A stretch of 59,071 nt of DNA from a virus: positions 1 through 59,071 of IMG/VR virus record IMGVR_UViG_3300043496_000120; one strand, given 5' to 3'. Shown piece by piece: positions 27,559-36,504 of this stretch. The position numbers and the translations under genes are program-made. Position 1 is the stretch's first letter, and each line of letters starts with the position of its first letter. The notes beneath the pieces were generated by a model, which had not been told where the DNA came from, made no database searches, and saw only the letters and a list, made by a program, of their open reading frames with translations.

Positions 27559-29028
27559 CTACACAACGTCAGGTTCAAGCGATCCCTCCTCCTCGAACAT
27601 CTTGACCGGCACCGCGTGCGCGAAGGTCATCGCCAGCGCGTCGCCGTCATCCGGCGAATTCGAGCCGCGTTTACGGATCGAATCCTTCGATTCGAGCAGC
27701 AGCCGCTCGGTCTTTTTCTCGTGGCCGTAGCCTGGCGTGATGAGTGATTCGCGCAGGATGTCGTCGGCCGGTAGGATAGCCTCGCGCATGACCCACTCTT
27801 TCATGCGAGCCCACATCTCGGCGCGCTTGTTCGCGTATTCCTTCGGCTTGTCGGCCGAGACGCCGAACTGCACACCGATCACGCTGTGATTCATTTGCCG
27901 CAAACGGTCGATCACGCCCGCGCCGTAGCCGCCCGTTTCATCTATGAATACGACGTCGGGGCGGTAATAGTTGATTTTCTCCGCGCAGATCGACGCGATC
28001 TGCATCGTGTCCGCGATGTTGTAGCGGAACACGTCGGGCGAGACATAGCGGCCCTTGCGCATGCGGATCACGGTCTGATCCTTACCTTGGCGCGCAACGT
28101 CGATGCCCATCAGCAGCGGGATTGAAACGCCGATGGTGCGAGTGTCGAACTCTTTGAAGCGCGCAATCGCCGCGGCGACGGTGCCCGGCGGGATGAAGCA
28201 CACCGAACCGTTGATCGGGAACAGCCCGCGGACGCGCACGCGCACGAAGTCGCTGTCGTAGCCGTAATCTTCGATCCACTCGTCGTAGAGCTTCTTGTTT
28301 TTCGTGACGAGCGAGTCGCGGCCGTCGACCTGGATATGCGTCCAGCGATGCGCGAAGCGCCCGAAGCATTCGTAGAAACGACCCTCGGCGTCGGTCGGGT
28401 TGCCGAACGCGAGCCAGATACCTTTTGTGGTGAAAGCGCCCTCGGCGACTTCCCAAATCGACGTGGCGATGGCCGACGCTTCGTCGAACACCATCATCAC
28501 CATGTCTTCGTGCGTGCCGGCGAACGCTTTGGAGTTGTTCTCGCTCCATGCGATCGCGGACGCGTACCACGTGTTCGGTTTCCATTTGCAGATGTAGCGG
28601 GTCTGCGTCCACTCGAATTGCCAGTGGTTCATCGCGAGCGTGCGCCACTTCTCAAGCTCGCGCCACGTCGTCGTCGCGAGCTGATCGCGAGTGCCGGCCG
28701 TGACCTTGCACATCGACTTGCCGTAGCAGCTCTCGAACCAGTGGATCAGCCAGGCGTGCAGCGCTGACTTGCCGATGCCGTGCGCCGCCGCGACCGCGAT
28801 GCGCACAAGTGAAACGCCAGCGCGCAGTTGCTTGCCGATTTCGTCGAGCACGATGCCTTGCCAGACGTCGAGCTGTTCAAATTCGAGCGCGGTGCCCTTC
28901 TGGCCCCATGGATATATTGCGAGAACCCAGCCGAGCGGGTCTTCACGGAACTGATTGATGAACGCGGCCCACGCAGCCTGCTCGGCTTGCGTTTCAGGTG
29001 AGCGAAAGAATCCGCTGCCGTCAGCCAC
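27559..29028 (-). CDS. terL: terminase large subunit (489 aa)
   Basis: Walker A (AHGIGKSAL) and Walker B (MMVFDEAS); nuclease-like C-half; position between the TerS-like gene and portal. Confidence 0.85.
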   Translation of the reverse strand: MADGSGFFRSPETQAEQAAWAAFINQFREDPLGWVLAIYPWGQKGTALEFEQLDVWQGIVLDEIGKQLRAGVSLVRIAVAAAHGIGKSALHAWLIHWFESCYGKSMCKVTAGTRDQLATTTWRELEKWRTLAMNHWQFEWTQTRYICKWKPNTWYASAIAWSENNSKAFAGTHEDMVMMVFDEASAIATSIWEVAEGAFTTKGIWLAFGNPTDAEGRFYECFGRFAHRWTHIQVDGRDSLVTKNKKLYDEWIEDYGYDSDFVRVRVRGLFPINGSVCFIPPGTVAAAIARFKEFDTRTIGVSIPLLMGIDVARQGKDQTVIRMRKGRYVSPDVFRYNIADTMQIASICAEKINYYRPDVVFIDETGGYGAGVIDRLRQMNHSVIGVQFGVSADKPKEYANKRAEMWARMKEWVMREAILPADDILRESLITPGYGHEKKTERLLLESKDSIRKRGSNSPDDGDALAMTFAHAVPVKMFEEEGSLEPDVV

Positions 29029-29221
29029 GACGCTCGATCTCCTGGATGCGCGCCTCTAACACCTCGATGTCGGTCGCGGCGTCGCGCACGCCGTGCCAAT
29101 CCTCGGCCTCAAGCTCCGCCCGAATCAGCGTCTTCTTGACGTTCAGTAAATGTTTCAGTCGCGGGAGTCTTCTCCGCTCGAATCTGTCCAGAGCCTCGCC
29201 CACTTCCATCAAGCCACTCAT
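29021..29221 (-). CDS. hypothetical small helical protein (66 aa)
   Basis: in-frame ATG in track ORF 29021..29356; good GC3. Confidence 0.45.
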   Translation of the reverse strand: MSGLMEVGEALDRFERRRLPRLKHLLNVKKTLIRAELEAEDWHGVRDAATDIEVLEARIQEIERRG

Positions 29222-29387
29222 AGCTAAGCCCTCGTCGGGCCATTCCGTCGATGGCGAATCGCGGGTTTCGGCCGTGCATCCAAAAGATCGCGTCGGGCGC
29301 TTCAGAACAAAGCCACGCACCGCCCTCCGTCTTGCGCCAAGTCGCAATGGCGTCAAGTTTTGTTCCCGTCACTCTTAACCGTTTCAT
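29109..29387 (-). CDS. hypothetical protein (92 aa); its 3' third overlaps the next gene
   Basis: ORF track; the N-terminal two-thirds look coding. Confidence 0.4.
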   Translation of the reverse strand: MKRLRVTGTKLDAIATWRKTEGGAWLCSEAPDAIFWMHGRNPRFAIDGMARRGLSYEWLDGSGRGSGQIRAEKTPATETFTERQEDADSGGA

Positions 29388-30084
29388 CTTTTGGAGCCTC
29401 CGGCGCCGGCAGGAGATTCTTCGGGCGATTGAGCTGGCCGATCGTGCGCGACTCGGCGTAGATGGTGCGCATTTCGTCGGCGCGCAGCGGCGCCGCTTTG
29501 CGTGCGGCCTCGATCATGCGCAGCATGTCGTCGCCGTTGATGTTGACCTGCGTGCCGGGCGTGACCCAGCCCTTGATTTTCGCGAGGAGTTCGAGCGCCG
29601 GCTGTTTCGGCTCCAGCTCGATCTCGCGCGTCTTGACCTGGCCGAACTGATCGTAGGTCACTTTGTACTTGCGCACGAGCCGGCGCTTCGCGAGCGGCAG
29701 CGCCTCGCGCATATCCTTCAGCGACATCAGATCGGCGACGTCCTTGCCGTCCTGAGAGGGCACGACCTTCACGTAGTCGGTGATGTCGCCGTCTATGGTC
29801 TCCAGGAGCCGCCGCAGGGCGAACGTCTGATCGACGCCGAGTGCGACGAGGTGCGGCTTCAGGAAGTCGGCCACGGCCTTCTGAGCGGCCTTCGTGCGGA
29901 TCAGGCGGTCGCCGTTCGTCTTGTCGGTCGGCAGCGGGTTCTCGGCCGGACGATAGACGTCGCGGAACGCCTGAGCGGTGTCCATCGTCTCGGCGAACAC
30001 GCGCGCGAAAGCGATCACCCGGAGCCGGCGCTGTGTGAGCCGCGGCGCGAGATCGAGCACCTTGGCGGTGGCTTCTTCGCTCAT
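29353..30084 (-). CDS. terS: terminase small subunit (243 aa, Terminase_2/P27-like)
   Basis: ATG at 30084 overlaps the upstream stop. Pattern LTQRRLRV..F...A...V..KTNGDRL...AAQKAV and the C-terminal KQPALELLAKIKGW resemble TerS family members. Confidence 0.65.
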   Translation of the reverse strand: MSEEATAKVLDLAPRLTQRRLRVIAFARVFAETMDTAQAFRDVYRPAENPLPTDKTNGDRLIRTKAAQKAVADFLKPHLVALGVDQTFALRRLLETIDGDITDYVKVVPSQDGKDVADLMSLKDMREALPLAKRRLVRKYKVTYDQFGQVKTREIELEPKQPALELLAKIKGWVTPGTQVNINGDDMLRMIEAARKAAPLRADEMRTIYAESRTIGQLNRPKNLLPAPEAPKDETVKSDGNKT

Positions 30085-30422
30085 GACGTTGTCGGTGGAG
30101 ACGACCCTTGCTTGCCCGCAAGATACTTCATCCAGACCGATGCACCCAAACATAGGGCCATGTAGCCGTTGAAATACCACTCGGTCATCGTGTTCGCCAG
30201 CTCGGCGTGAACAAAGCCCCAGGTGGCCGTGACGCCGCACGTGCATGCGAGTACCTTCGACCACGACAGCTTGCCGTCATCGCCGACGATCATATCGAAC
30301 GGGTCGATGCCGCGGCGCTGCGCGATCCACAGCATGCGCAGCAGGAGCGCGAGCCCGATCACGAACAGCAGCTCGGAATCGTTTAGACGGCCGCCCGTAA
30401 TCCACTGGATGAAGTCAGGCAC
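30081..30422 (-). CDS. three-TM holin-like protein (~113 aa; start uncertain, GTG 30422)
   Basis: three hydrophobic segments; adjacent to the endolysin. Confidence 0.5.
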   Translation of the reverse strand: MPDFIQWITGGRLNDSELLFVIGLALLLRMLWIAQRRGIDPFDMIVGDDGKLSWSKVLACTCGVTATWGFVHAELANTMTEWYFNGYMALCLGASVWMKYLAGKQGSSPPTTS

Positions 30423-30460
30423 CGGGGCGGGTGCGATGACGACAGTGGTCGGGATGTCAC

Positions 30461-30976
30461 TCAAGCGGCAAGCAGCTCGGCGTAGATGCGTTCGATGCGC
30501 GTGATGTAGTCGCGCGTTTGCTTCGCGTTCGCCTCGCCCGTCACGTGATGGAGCTGCGCGACGATGTCCTCGTAACCGAGGGCGCCGTGCGCGAGCTTCT
30601 GCGCTTCGAGCAGGTTGCCGAACCCGGCGTTGTAGCTCGCCAGCGTCAGGTGCCAGCGGTCGAGGAGCGTGCGCTGCGGATTCGTCCACTCCAGCCACAG
30701 CTTGTGGTCGTACCACGCGTTCGCCGGGATCGCGTACTGCGTTTGAAACGGCGACGCGTCGTGAACCAGGCGCATGCCAGGGATCACGTCGTTCTCCCAG
30801 GTGAGCGGCATGAACTGCGCGATGCCCTGGGCGCCGGCCTCGCTCTCTGCGTCCGGGTCCAAGCCCGACTCCTGGATGAGCTGCGCTTTGTTGCGCCGCC
30901 AGTCGTTGAAGTTCGGCGGCATGTGCCGGTCCGCCGACATCTTGATGAGTTCGTCGTAGCGATCGGTGTACTTCAC
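30461..30976 (-). CDS. lytic transglycosylase (SLT-domain) endolysin, 171 aa
   Basis: ESEAGAQGIAQFMPLTW catalytic-Glu/GxxQxMP motif; GGGGAGG RBS. Confidence 0.8.
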   Translation of the reverse strand: MKYTDRYDELIKMSADRHMPPNFNDWRRNKAQLIQESGLDPDAESEAGAQGIAQFMPLTWENDVIPGMRLVHDASPFQTQYAIPANAWYDHKLWLEWTNPQRTLLDRWHLTLASYNAGFGNLLEAQKLAHGALGYEDIVAQLHHVTGEANAKQTRDYITRIERIYAELLAA

Positions 30977-31335
30977 GATTTGCCTCCCCTGATAGCGCGG
31001 TCGATTCGCTGCTCGATCGTGTCGAAGCGCGCGCCCATGCTCTTTTCCAGATCGGTGACGTCGGCTTTCGTCGGGAACTCGCGCAAGCTGTGCGCGTGAT
31101 CGAGCTGCGTTTTCGTGATGTCACGATTGAGCTGCGCGGTCTGGCGTTCCAATCTTGCGGCGGCGTTCTTGTGTTCGGCGGTCGATAGATTCAGATCGCC
31201 TACGAGCTTGTCGTGTGAGGCTTTCACAGCGATCTCCGTCTCGCGCCTCGTGTCTCTGAAACGCTTTTCGATCCAAGCGACGCTGGTTGCCAGTGCGCCA
31301 CCGCCGGCAAGGAGTTCGCCAAGGCCAAGGTCCAC
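30973..31335 (-). CDS. membrane-anchored coiled-coil protein in the lysis cassette (120 aa; role unclear)
   Basis: GTG at 31335; TM segment LGELLAGGGALATSVAWI followed by a helical charged region. Confidence 0.45.
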   Translation of the reverse strand: MDLGLGELLAGGGALATSVAWIEKRFRDTRRETEIAVKASHDKLVGDLNLSTAEHKNAAARLERQTAQLNRDITKTQLDHAHSLREFPTKADVTDLEKSMGARFDTIEQRIDRAIRGGKS

Positions 31336-31336
31336 G

Positions 31337-31510
31337 TCACGTGTTTCCGGTCTTGCGCCGGAACTTGGCGACGACCCATTTCGCCGCTGCCTTGACATCC
31401 TGAGCAGTCTGCGCAAGCGATACACGGCCAACTCGCCACTCGACAACGTAGCCAAGTGATAGTGCCGTCGTGGTCGCGACAAAGCCATATTTCACCAGTG
31501 CCAACAGCAT
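31337..31510 (-). CDS. small single-TM protein (57 aa), holin/antiholin candidate
   Basis: in-frame ATG at 31510 (MLLALVKYGF...). Confidence 0.45.
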   Translation of the reverse strand: MLLALVKYGFVATTTALSLGYVVEWRVGRVSLAQTAQDVKAAAKWVVAKFRRKTGNT

Positions 31511-31555
31511 TGCATCACCCCTGTTGATGCGTGCGGGGCGCCCGGAGCCCCGCAA

Positions 31556-31574
31556 CGTTTCAGCCGTTGAAACG
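31556..31574. repeat. palindrome CGTTTCA-GCCGT-TGAAACG spanning the stop codon of gene 31560..32039
   Basis: read directly; nearly identical to 18047..18065. Confidence 0.9.
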
Positions 31575-32039
31575 GACGTCGATCGCGACTGCGTTCTGTA
31601 CGAACGTCACGGTGACCGTGGCGGTGCCGGTCTGGAGAGCGTTGCCGCCCACCGAACCGTCAGCCGTCAGAATCGCCGAGCCTGCGCCGACGCCCGTCAC
31701 GTCGAGATCGTTGAACGTCGAACCCGGCGCGACGGTGAAGACCGACTCATCCGAGCTGGCGAGCACCGGCTGCGCATCGAACGCCGCACCGGGAATGTCC
31801 TGGCCGTTCTGATCGAGAACTACGAGTACGCCGGGCTTGGTCTCGCCGGGCTGAATGTTGGTATCCACGAAGCGCCTCCACAATCGCCGCCACGAGAAGC
31901 GACGCGCACCATGCGGCGAGAAGCTGATGCGAATCGCGGTCGGCCGTCGCGTGAGATGGCCTGTGATCCAGACGGTCCACGCGATCAGCAACAAAATTGC
32001 CACGACGAAAAGGATTGCAACGATGTCGTCGAGGCCCAT
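31560..32039 (-). CDS. membrane-anchored protein with a bacterial Ig-like (Big_2-type) C-terminal domain (159 aa)
   Basis: N-terminal TM helix; the C-terminal ~95 aa resemble Ig-like group 2 repeats. Confidence 0.55.
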   Translation of the reverse strand: MGLDDIVAILFVVAILLLIAWTVWITGHLTRRPTAIRISFSPHGARRFSWRRLWRRFVDTNIQPGETKPGVLVVLDQNGQDIPGAAFDAQPVLASSDESVFTVAPGSTFNDLDVTGVGAGSAILTADGSVGGNALQTGTATVTVTFVQNAVAIDVRFNG

Positions 32040-32123
32040 GGCCGCGAAGGGTACGCGCGCGCGACCTTGTCCACAAGGGGTTGTGGATCAGGGGGTTTAC
32101 CGGCCGGCAGGATTGTGGTGCCG

Positions 32124-32384
32124 CTACGCTCGCGGGCGCCACTGTACGAGCTTGCCATCGACGATGCAGTTCGCAGTGACGAAGGCTTTGATCGTGCGGA
32201 TGCCGCGCATGTGCTCGGGCGGAACACCGAGCACCTGGGCCGCGTACTGGCTGACGATCTGATTGATGCGCGGCAGCGACACGTCCTCGTCACCCGCCAC
32301 GCGAACCGGCGTGTAGCCGAGTACCAAAATCCGAAACGCTACATCGGCGTTTCGGAGCGGCTTCGCGTGGCGGGTGTTGGTCAT
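32124..32384 (-). CDS. hypothetical protein (86 aa)
   Basis: ATG at 32384 overlaps the upstream stop. Confidence 0.5.
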   Translation of the reverse strand: MTNTRHAKPLRNADVAFRILVLGYTPVRVAGDEDVSLPRINQIVSQYAAQVLGVPPEHMRGIRTIKAFVTANCIVDGKLVQWRPRA

Positions 32385-32725
32385 TAGTACGTGCAGTTGA
32401 TCGAGTAGTGCAGCCAGCCTGGCGACTTGTAGAGGCTGTCGTTGAAACAGTTCAGCATCTCGATCGTCGCGCCAGTGGTGAGCGTGAAGTCGACCGACGT
32501 GTGCCCGCCGCGGCCGCCATCGTGCGGAAAGAACGGCCCGGTGAGCGTGCATCCGGTCCCGCTGATGGTGCCGTACTTCTGGAAGTCGGTGTGTACGAAG
32601 TAGTCCGTACACGTGATCGTTTCAACCTGTGTGTTACCTTCCAGCACGAACTCCGCGTCCGGCAATGGCGCAGCGCGCGCCGGCAGCGTTGCGGCAATCA
32701 TCACCGCGATCAGCAAAGCTCTCAT
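32384..32725 (-). CDS. secreted Cys-containing protein (113 aa) with a signal peptide
   Basis: MRALLIAVMIAATLPARA signal-like N-terminus; ATGA overlap with the upstream gene. Confidence 0.55.
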   Translation of the reverse strand: MRALLIAVMIAATLPARAAPLPDAEFVLEGNTQVETITCTDYFVHTDFQKYGTISGTGCTLTGPFFPHDGGRGGHTSVDFTLTTGATIEMLNCFNDSLYKSPGWLHYSINCTY

Positions 32726-33615
32726 CGCTTTCCCCTTCTGTTGAAATTTCGGGCGGTCTTGTCCAGGCGCTCGCGAATCCCCTCGATCTCGTCCTCGCGC
32801 TCCTGCCATGCGTCGGCGTCAATGTAGCGCCTGATCGACTTCTCCGCCAGTTTCGTCAGGAACGCAGGGTGTAGAGCGTCAAGCTCCCAGGATTTCGTGC
32901 CGAACTTTTTCTTGTAGCCGCGGAAGCGGACATCGGTCGTCTTCGCGGGATTCGGCGGCGGCTTCTGCGAATGCACCTGATCGAGATTCAGCGCGAGTCG
33001 ATCGAGTTCCCAATCGTACTCGTTGACGCCCAGCTCTGTGAGCCGGTCTTCGATGTCGCGCGTCATGTCGATGCCGCTCGGATCGTGGTCGCCGAAGTGC
33101 AGCACGACCATGTGCTGATCGCGCATTTTCATCTCGGACTCTGCGAAGTCTCGCATCACGGACGCAGACGGATAGCCGCGCGCCGCGAGCAGCGGCACGT
33201 CGAACTCACGCGCCACCGGCTCGAACACGGACATCAGCGCCTCTTTCTCGACGATGATGAACACGCGGTTTTCCTGGTTCTCCCACATGTCCATGTGGAA
33301 CTGCGGCACGATCGCGCTGAGGATGTCCTGCCCGCTCGTCCAGCGCGGCCGCGTGTCGAACTCGCGTGTGCGGTCGACGATCATGTCCCAATCTATCAGC
33401 CCGGCCATGCGCCCATCCGTACACGCCTGGATCAGCCGCTTGTACGCGCGCTGCTCGTTCGGGATGAGGTCGCGCGCGACGAGCTGGTAGTAGAGCTGGC
33501 GGATCGTGAGCTTGTAGCCCTGCTTGTGGTACTCGTCGATGATCGGATTTATGACGGTCTCGATCATCAAGAGCGCCGCTTTTGTGAAACGGTGGCCCCT
33601 GTAGGCTTGTTTCAT
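32722..33615 (-). CDS. Topo VI subunit A / Spo11-like protein (297 aa; 'Mini-A'-type)
   Basis: winged-helix Tyr motif TIRQLYYQL, Toprim Glu (FIIVEKEA) and DxD (FGDHDPSG) in canonical order. Confidence 0.65.
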   Translation of the reverse strand: MKQAYRGHRFTKAALLMIETVINPIIDEYHKQGYKLTIRQLYYQLVARDLIPNEQRAYKRLIQACTDGRMAGLIDWDMIVDRTREFDTRPRWTSGQDILSAIVPQFHMDMWENQENRVFIIVEKEALMSVFEPVAREFDVPLLAARGYPSASVMRDFAESEMKMRDQHMVVLHFGDHDPSGIDMTRDIEDRLTELGVNEYDWELDRLALNLDQVHSQKPPPNPAKTTDVRFRGYKKKFGTKSWELDALHPAFLTKLAEKSIRRYIDADAWQEREDEIEGIRERLDKTARNFNRRGKR

Positions 33616-34451
33616 TCGCCGTTCCCCTTCGCCGCGACCGCGCGCACTTCATCCGTGATGTCGCGCTGCACGCCATCCTTGCCGACCGTGTGGTAGCGGT
33701 GGCCGCCCGGCGGTGGCATGCGCAGCTCGACGCTCGGCGTCGCGCTCGGATCAGCGGGCATGCCATCGGGCACCAGGCCGTCGCCGATCGCCGCCTCGAC
33801 TTCTTGGAACTCCGGGTCGACTTCTTGGAACTCCGGCACTTCGAGCGTTTCATCGCCTGAGTGCTCCAGGCGATCGAGACGATCCCACTCGGCGGCGAGC
33901 AGCGCGCCCGCTTTTTCGAGGTTGTGCTTGGGCGTGCTCGGCTTCCACCAGTCAGGGCTCCACGGCCAGCCGCTCGGCATGAGGATCGGTGCGCCCTTCC
34001 ATACCGCCAGGCGCGCGTAGCAGATCGCGGCCGCGGCAAGCTCGCCCGTCGCGTGCATGTTGTCGTGCTCGGCCGTCCAGCCCTCCTCCGTGACCTGGCG
34101 CATGCGCTCGGTGTTGATCGCCTCCGTGCCCGCGCTCCACGGCTCGACGTGACCGAGCGATTTGTACGTCGCGTGCTCGGCCGCGCGCTCTGCCTCGCCG
34201 AGCTTGCGATCGAGATACTTTGCGAGCTGGCAGCCGCCGAGCGCGTTGATGAAGACGGCGCACTCGGCGTCGGTCGTGAGACAGCTCATCGACTTCGACA
34301 GGTCGATGATGTCGCGCAGTCCTTCGACCTTGCCATCGCTCACGGTCGTCCCGCTCACGGTCGTCTTGATCGAATCTCGGTCAAGACCGGCAACCATCAT
34401 CGCCGCCTCGCGCAGCGTGTGCGCCTCGATTGTGATTGTGATGCCCATCAT
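33612..34451 (-). CDS. two-domain protein (279 aa); C-half resembles dATP/dGTP diphosphohydrolase (DUF550-type)
   Basis: EEGWTAEHD..H..GELAAAAICYA...WPW..WWKP....LEKAGALLAAEWDRLDR pattern, from memory of the family. Confidence 0.5.
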   Translation of the reverse strand: MMGITITIEAHTLREAAMMVAGLDRDSIKTTVSGTTVSDGKVEGLRDIIDLSKSMSCLTTDAECAVFINALGGCQLAKYLDRKLGEAERAAEHATYKSLGHVEPWSAGTEAINTERMRQVTEEGWTAEHDNMHATGELAAAAICYARLAVWKGAPILMPSGWPWSPDWWKPSTPKHNLEKAGALLAAEWDRLDRLEHSGDETLEVPEFQEVDPEFQEVEAAIGDGLVPDGMPADPSATPSVELRMPPPGGHRYHTVGKDGVQRDITDEVRAVAAKGNGE

Positions 34452-34461
34452 TTACTCCCGG

Positions 34462-34689
34462 TTATGAAAACGACATGCCGCACATTACGAAGCGCCCGTC
34501 TTCCGTTTCAGCTTTCGGACGGAGCCAAACCTGCTCGCGGTCCGAATCCTTCGCGTAGACGTAGTACGGCTTCAGGTCTGACTCCATGGTCGCGTGATAG
34601 AGCACGCGATACATGCCGCCCGTTTTCCGATGCTTCAGCAGGGCGCCGCTGGCGAACTTGTAGTCGCGGTCGATCTCAAGCTCGCACAT
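34462..34689 (-). CDS. DUF1653-like small protein (75 aa)
   Basis: in-frame ATG at 34689; KHRKTGGMYRVLYHATMESDL...VWLRP pattern. Confidence 0.5.
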   Translation of the reverse strand: MCELEIDRDYKFASGALLKHRKTGGMYRVLYHATMESDLKPYYVYAKDSDREQVWLRPKAETEDGRFVMCGMSFS

Positions 34690-34691
34690 CG

Positions 34692-35474
34692 TCAGTCCCC
34701 CGTGAGCGCACCCGTGCGACTGTTGCGCGTCGCGCCCGTTTCGTGATCGGGAATGCCGTGACGAACGCCGCGCGCATCCTCCTGGGTCGACTGATCCAGC
34801 GCCATCACCGGCCGCTTCGCATCGGCACCGAGCTTGGCTTTCGGCATCAGCTCGAACCCGAGGCGGTTCGCCTCGATGTACAGCTTCTCGACGTCGCGCT
34901 TGTAGGTAATCATCGCGTAGTCGTTGCTGTAGAGATCGCGCGCGATCTGAAGCTCGCCCTCGCTGATCCCGGACAGCTCGCACCACTGGCGCTCGACATG
35001 AAACGGCACGACGACGCCCGCCAGCATGTTGAAGCTGTTGCCCTTGTACGTGCCGGCGACGCGACCCGACGTGCTGCGCCAGAACGTGAAGTTCCGATCG
35101 GTGCTCGGCTCCTTGCTCCAGCTCTCGCCGAAAACCGGATCGACCTCGTTCAGCACGTTCGGCGCGTTCAGTTCGTACTTCGAGCGATCGACGTAGCTGC
35201 CCTTGATCGTGCTCGTGCTCGGCCCGGCGTCTGCCGGCTTGTCCTCGTAGCGGACCTTGATGCCGCCGGATGCGAGCATCGAATTCAGCTCGACCCACTT
35301 CCGCGGCCGCACGGCAATGTCGCCCGTTTCAGGATTCAGCAGCACGTAGCCGTCAGACGCGTTGCCCATCCGACCGACGACGCGCGCCCGATTCAACACC
35401 TGGTACACAGTCCGGTGCTGCCGAGCGCGCGTCGCGATGTACTGCCCTTTCGTGAAAACCCACTCTTTCTTCAT
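34692..35474 (-). CDS. hypothetical protein (260 aa)
   Basis: ORF track; GGGAG RBS. Confidence 0.65.
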   Translation of the reverse strand: MKKEWVFTKGQYIATRARQHRTVYQVLNRARVVGRMGNASDGYVLLNPETGDIAVRPRKWVELNSMLASGGIKVRYEDKPADAGPSTSTIKGSYVDRSKYELNAPNVLNEVDPVFGESWSKEPSTDRNFTFWRSTSGRVAGTYKGNSFNMLAGVVVPFHVERQWCELSGISEGELQIARDLYSNDYAMITYKRDVEKLYIEANRLGFELMPKAKLGADAKRPVMALDQSTQEDARGVRHGIPDHETGATRNSRTGALTGD

Positions 35475-35502
35475 GGCCTACTCCCGGTTGCAGCGTTTCA
35501 GT

Positions 35503-35907
35503 TTACGCGTGCGGCTTTGGGTGATGGTGCGCCCGATGCTTCAGCCACAAGCGGTAGATGCCCACGAGCGAGCGCCCACAGGCGAGCGCGTCGACGAGTT
35601 CGGTCGTCAGCTCGCGCAGGTGCTTCTCCAGCACGATGATGATCCGCACCGGCCGCGCGGTGCCCTCGGCGTTCAGCGACCACGAGTCGCGTTCGCCGTG
35701 CGTCTCGATCGCGGCAACGCCCACCGTCGCGTGATCGCATGGCCGCCAGACCGTTTCGCAAACGTGACACAGGTGCGACTTGTGCGGCGGGTTGTGCCAG
35801 CCCTTGTGCGGTTCCGGCTTGTCGACGTGCTGATTGCCGCAGTTCGGGCAGAACAGCAGCATCGGGATCGCGCCGATCCTGACAGGGACGTGATCGACAT
35901 CACTCAT
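35503..35907 (-). CDS. zinc-finger protein (134 aa)
   Basis: CPNCG...CHVC pairs. Confidence 0.6.
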   Translation of the reverse strand: MSDVDHVPVRIGAIPMLLFCPNCGNQHVDKPEPHKGWHNPPHKSHLCHVCETVWRPCDHATVGVAAIETHGERDSWSLNAEGTARPVRIIIVLEKHLRELTTELVDALACGRSLVGIYRLWLKHRAHHHPKPHA

Positions 35908-36136
35908 TGAAATATCCTCGTTTGATGCACTCGGTTAACAGCGATTCGGTGCCGTCGAACATGACGTTGCCGCTGTCCGGCAGCACCGCGATTGCGCGGC
36001 CTTCGGGAAGGTGCTCGACGCGTAACGTCTGCGACACCTTGATCGGCTTGTCACGCCGATTGAAACGCACGTCGTACCAGCGGCCGACGAAGCTGATCCA
36101 GTTGCTCATCGTTGCGCCCGGCCACTGCTCGCTCAT
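35900..36136 (-). CDS. hypothetical protein (78 aa)
   Basis: in-frame ATG at 36136 overlapping the upstream stop. Confidence 0.5.
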   Translation of the reverse strand: MSEQWPGATMSNWISFVGRWYDVRFNRRDKPIKVSQTLRVEHLPEGRAIAVLPDSGNVMFDGTESLLTECIKRGYFNE

Positions 36137-36504
36137 GGGTTTCCGTCCACCCGCGTTCCGCAGTTTGGCACGACCTGGATGGCGCGGTCGTCCCAAAGCT
36201 CCACCATGCCGAAATCCTTGCTCGCGGTGCATGGCAGCCGCACCCCGAAGTGAATCTCGGTCCAGTCCTGGATGATGCGGGTCTGCTCGTCGGCGAACGC
36301 ATCGTCGTCGACGCCGCCCACCTGGTTGCGCAAGCCCGTGCGAGCGACGCGCGCGGTGAAGATGCGGACGTCGCGCCCGGTCGCCAGCCAGGCCCGCACG
36401 CGCGCGGCCATGCGCGGCACGGGGTTGCCGACGCCGCCGCCAGTCCAGCCGTTGTACTCGGCCAGCGTGCCGTCGAGATCGACGGCGATCCATCCGCCAT
36501 TCAT
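36133..36504 (-). CDS. HAD-superfamily phosphatase-like protein (123 aa)
   Basis: motif I DLDGTL near the N-terminus; ATG at 36504 overlaps the upstream stop. Confidence 0.55.
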   Translation of the reverse strand: MNGGWIAVDLDGTLAEYNGWTGGGVGNPVPRMAARVRAWLATGRDVRIFTARVARTGLRNQVGGVDDDAFADEQTRIIQDWTEIHFGVRLPCTASKDFGMVELWDDRAIQVVPNCGTRVDGNP

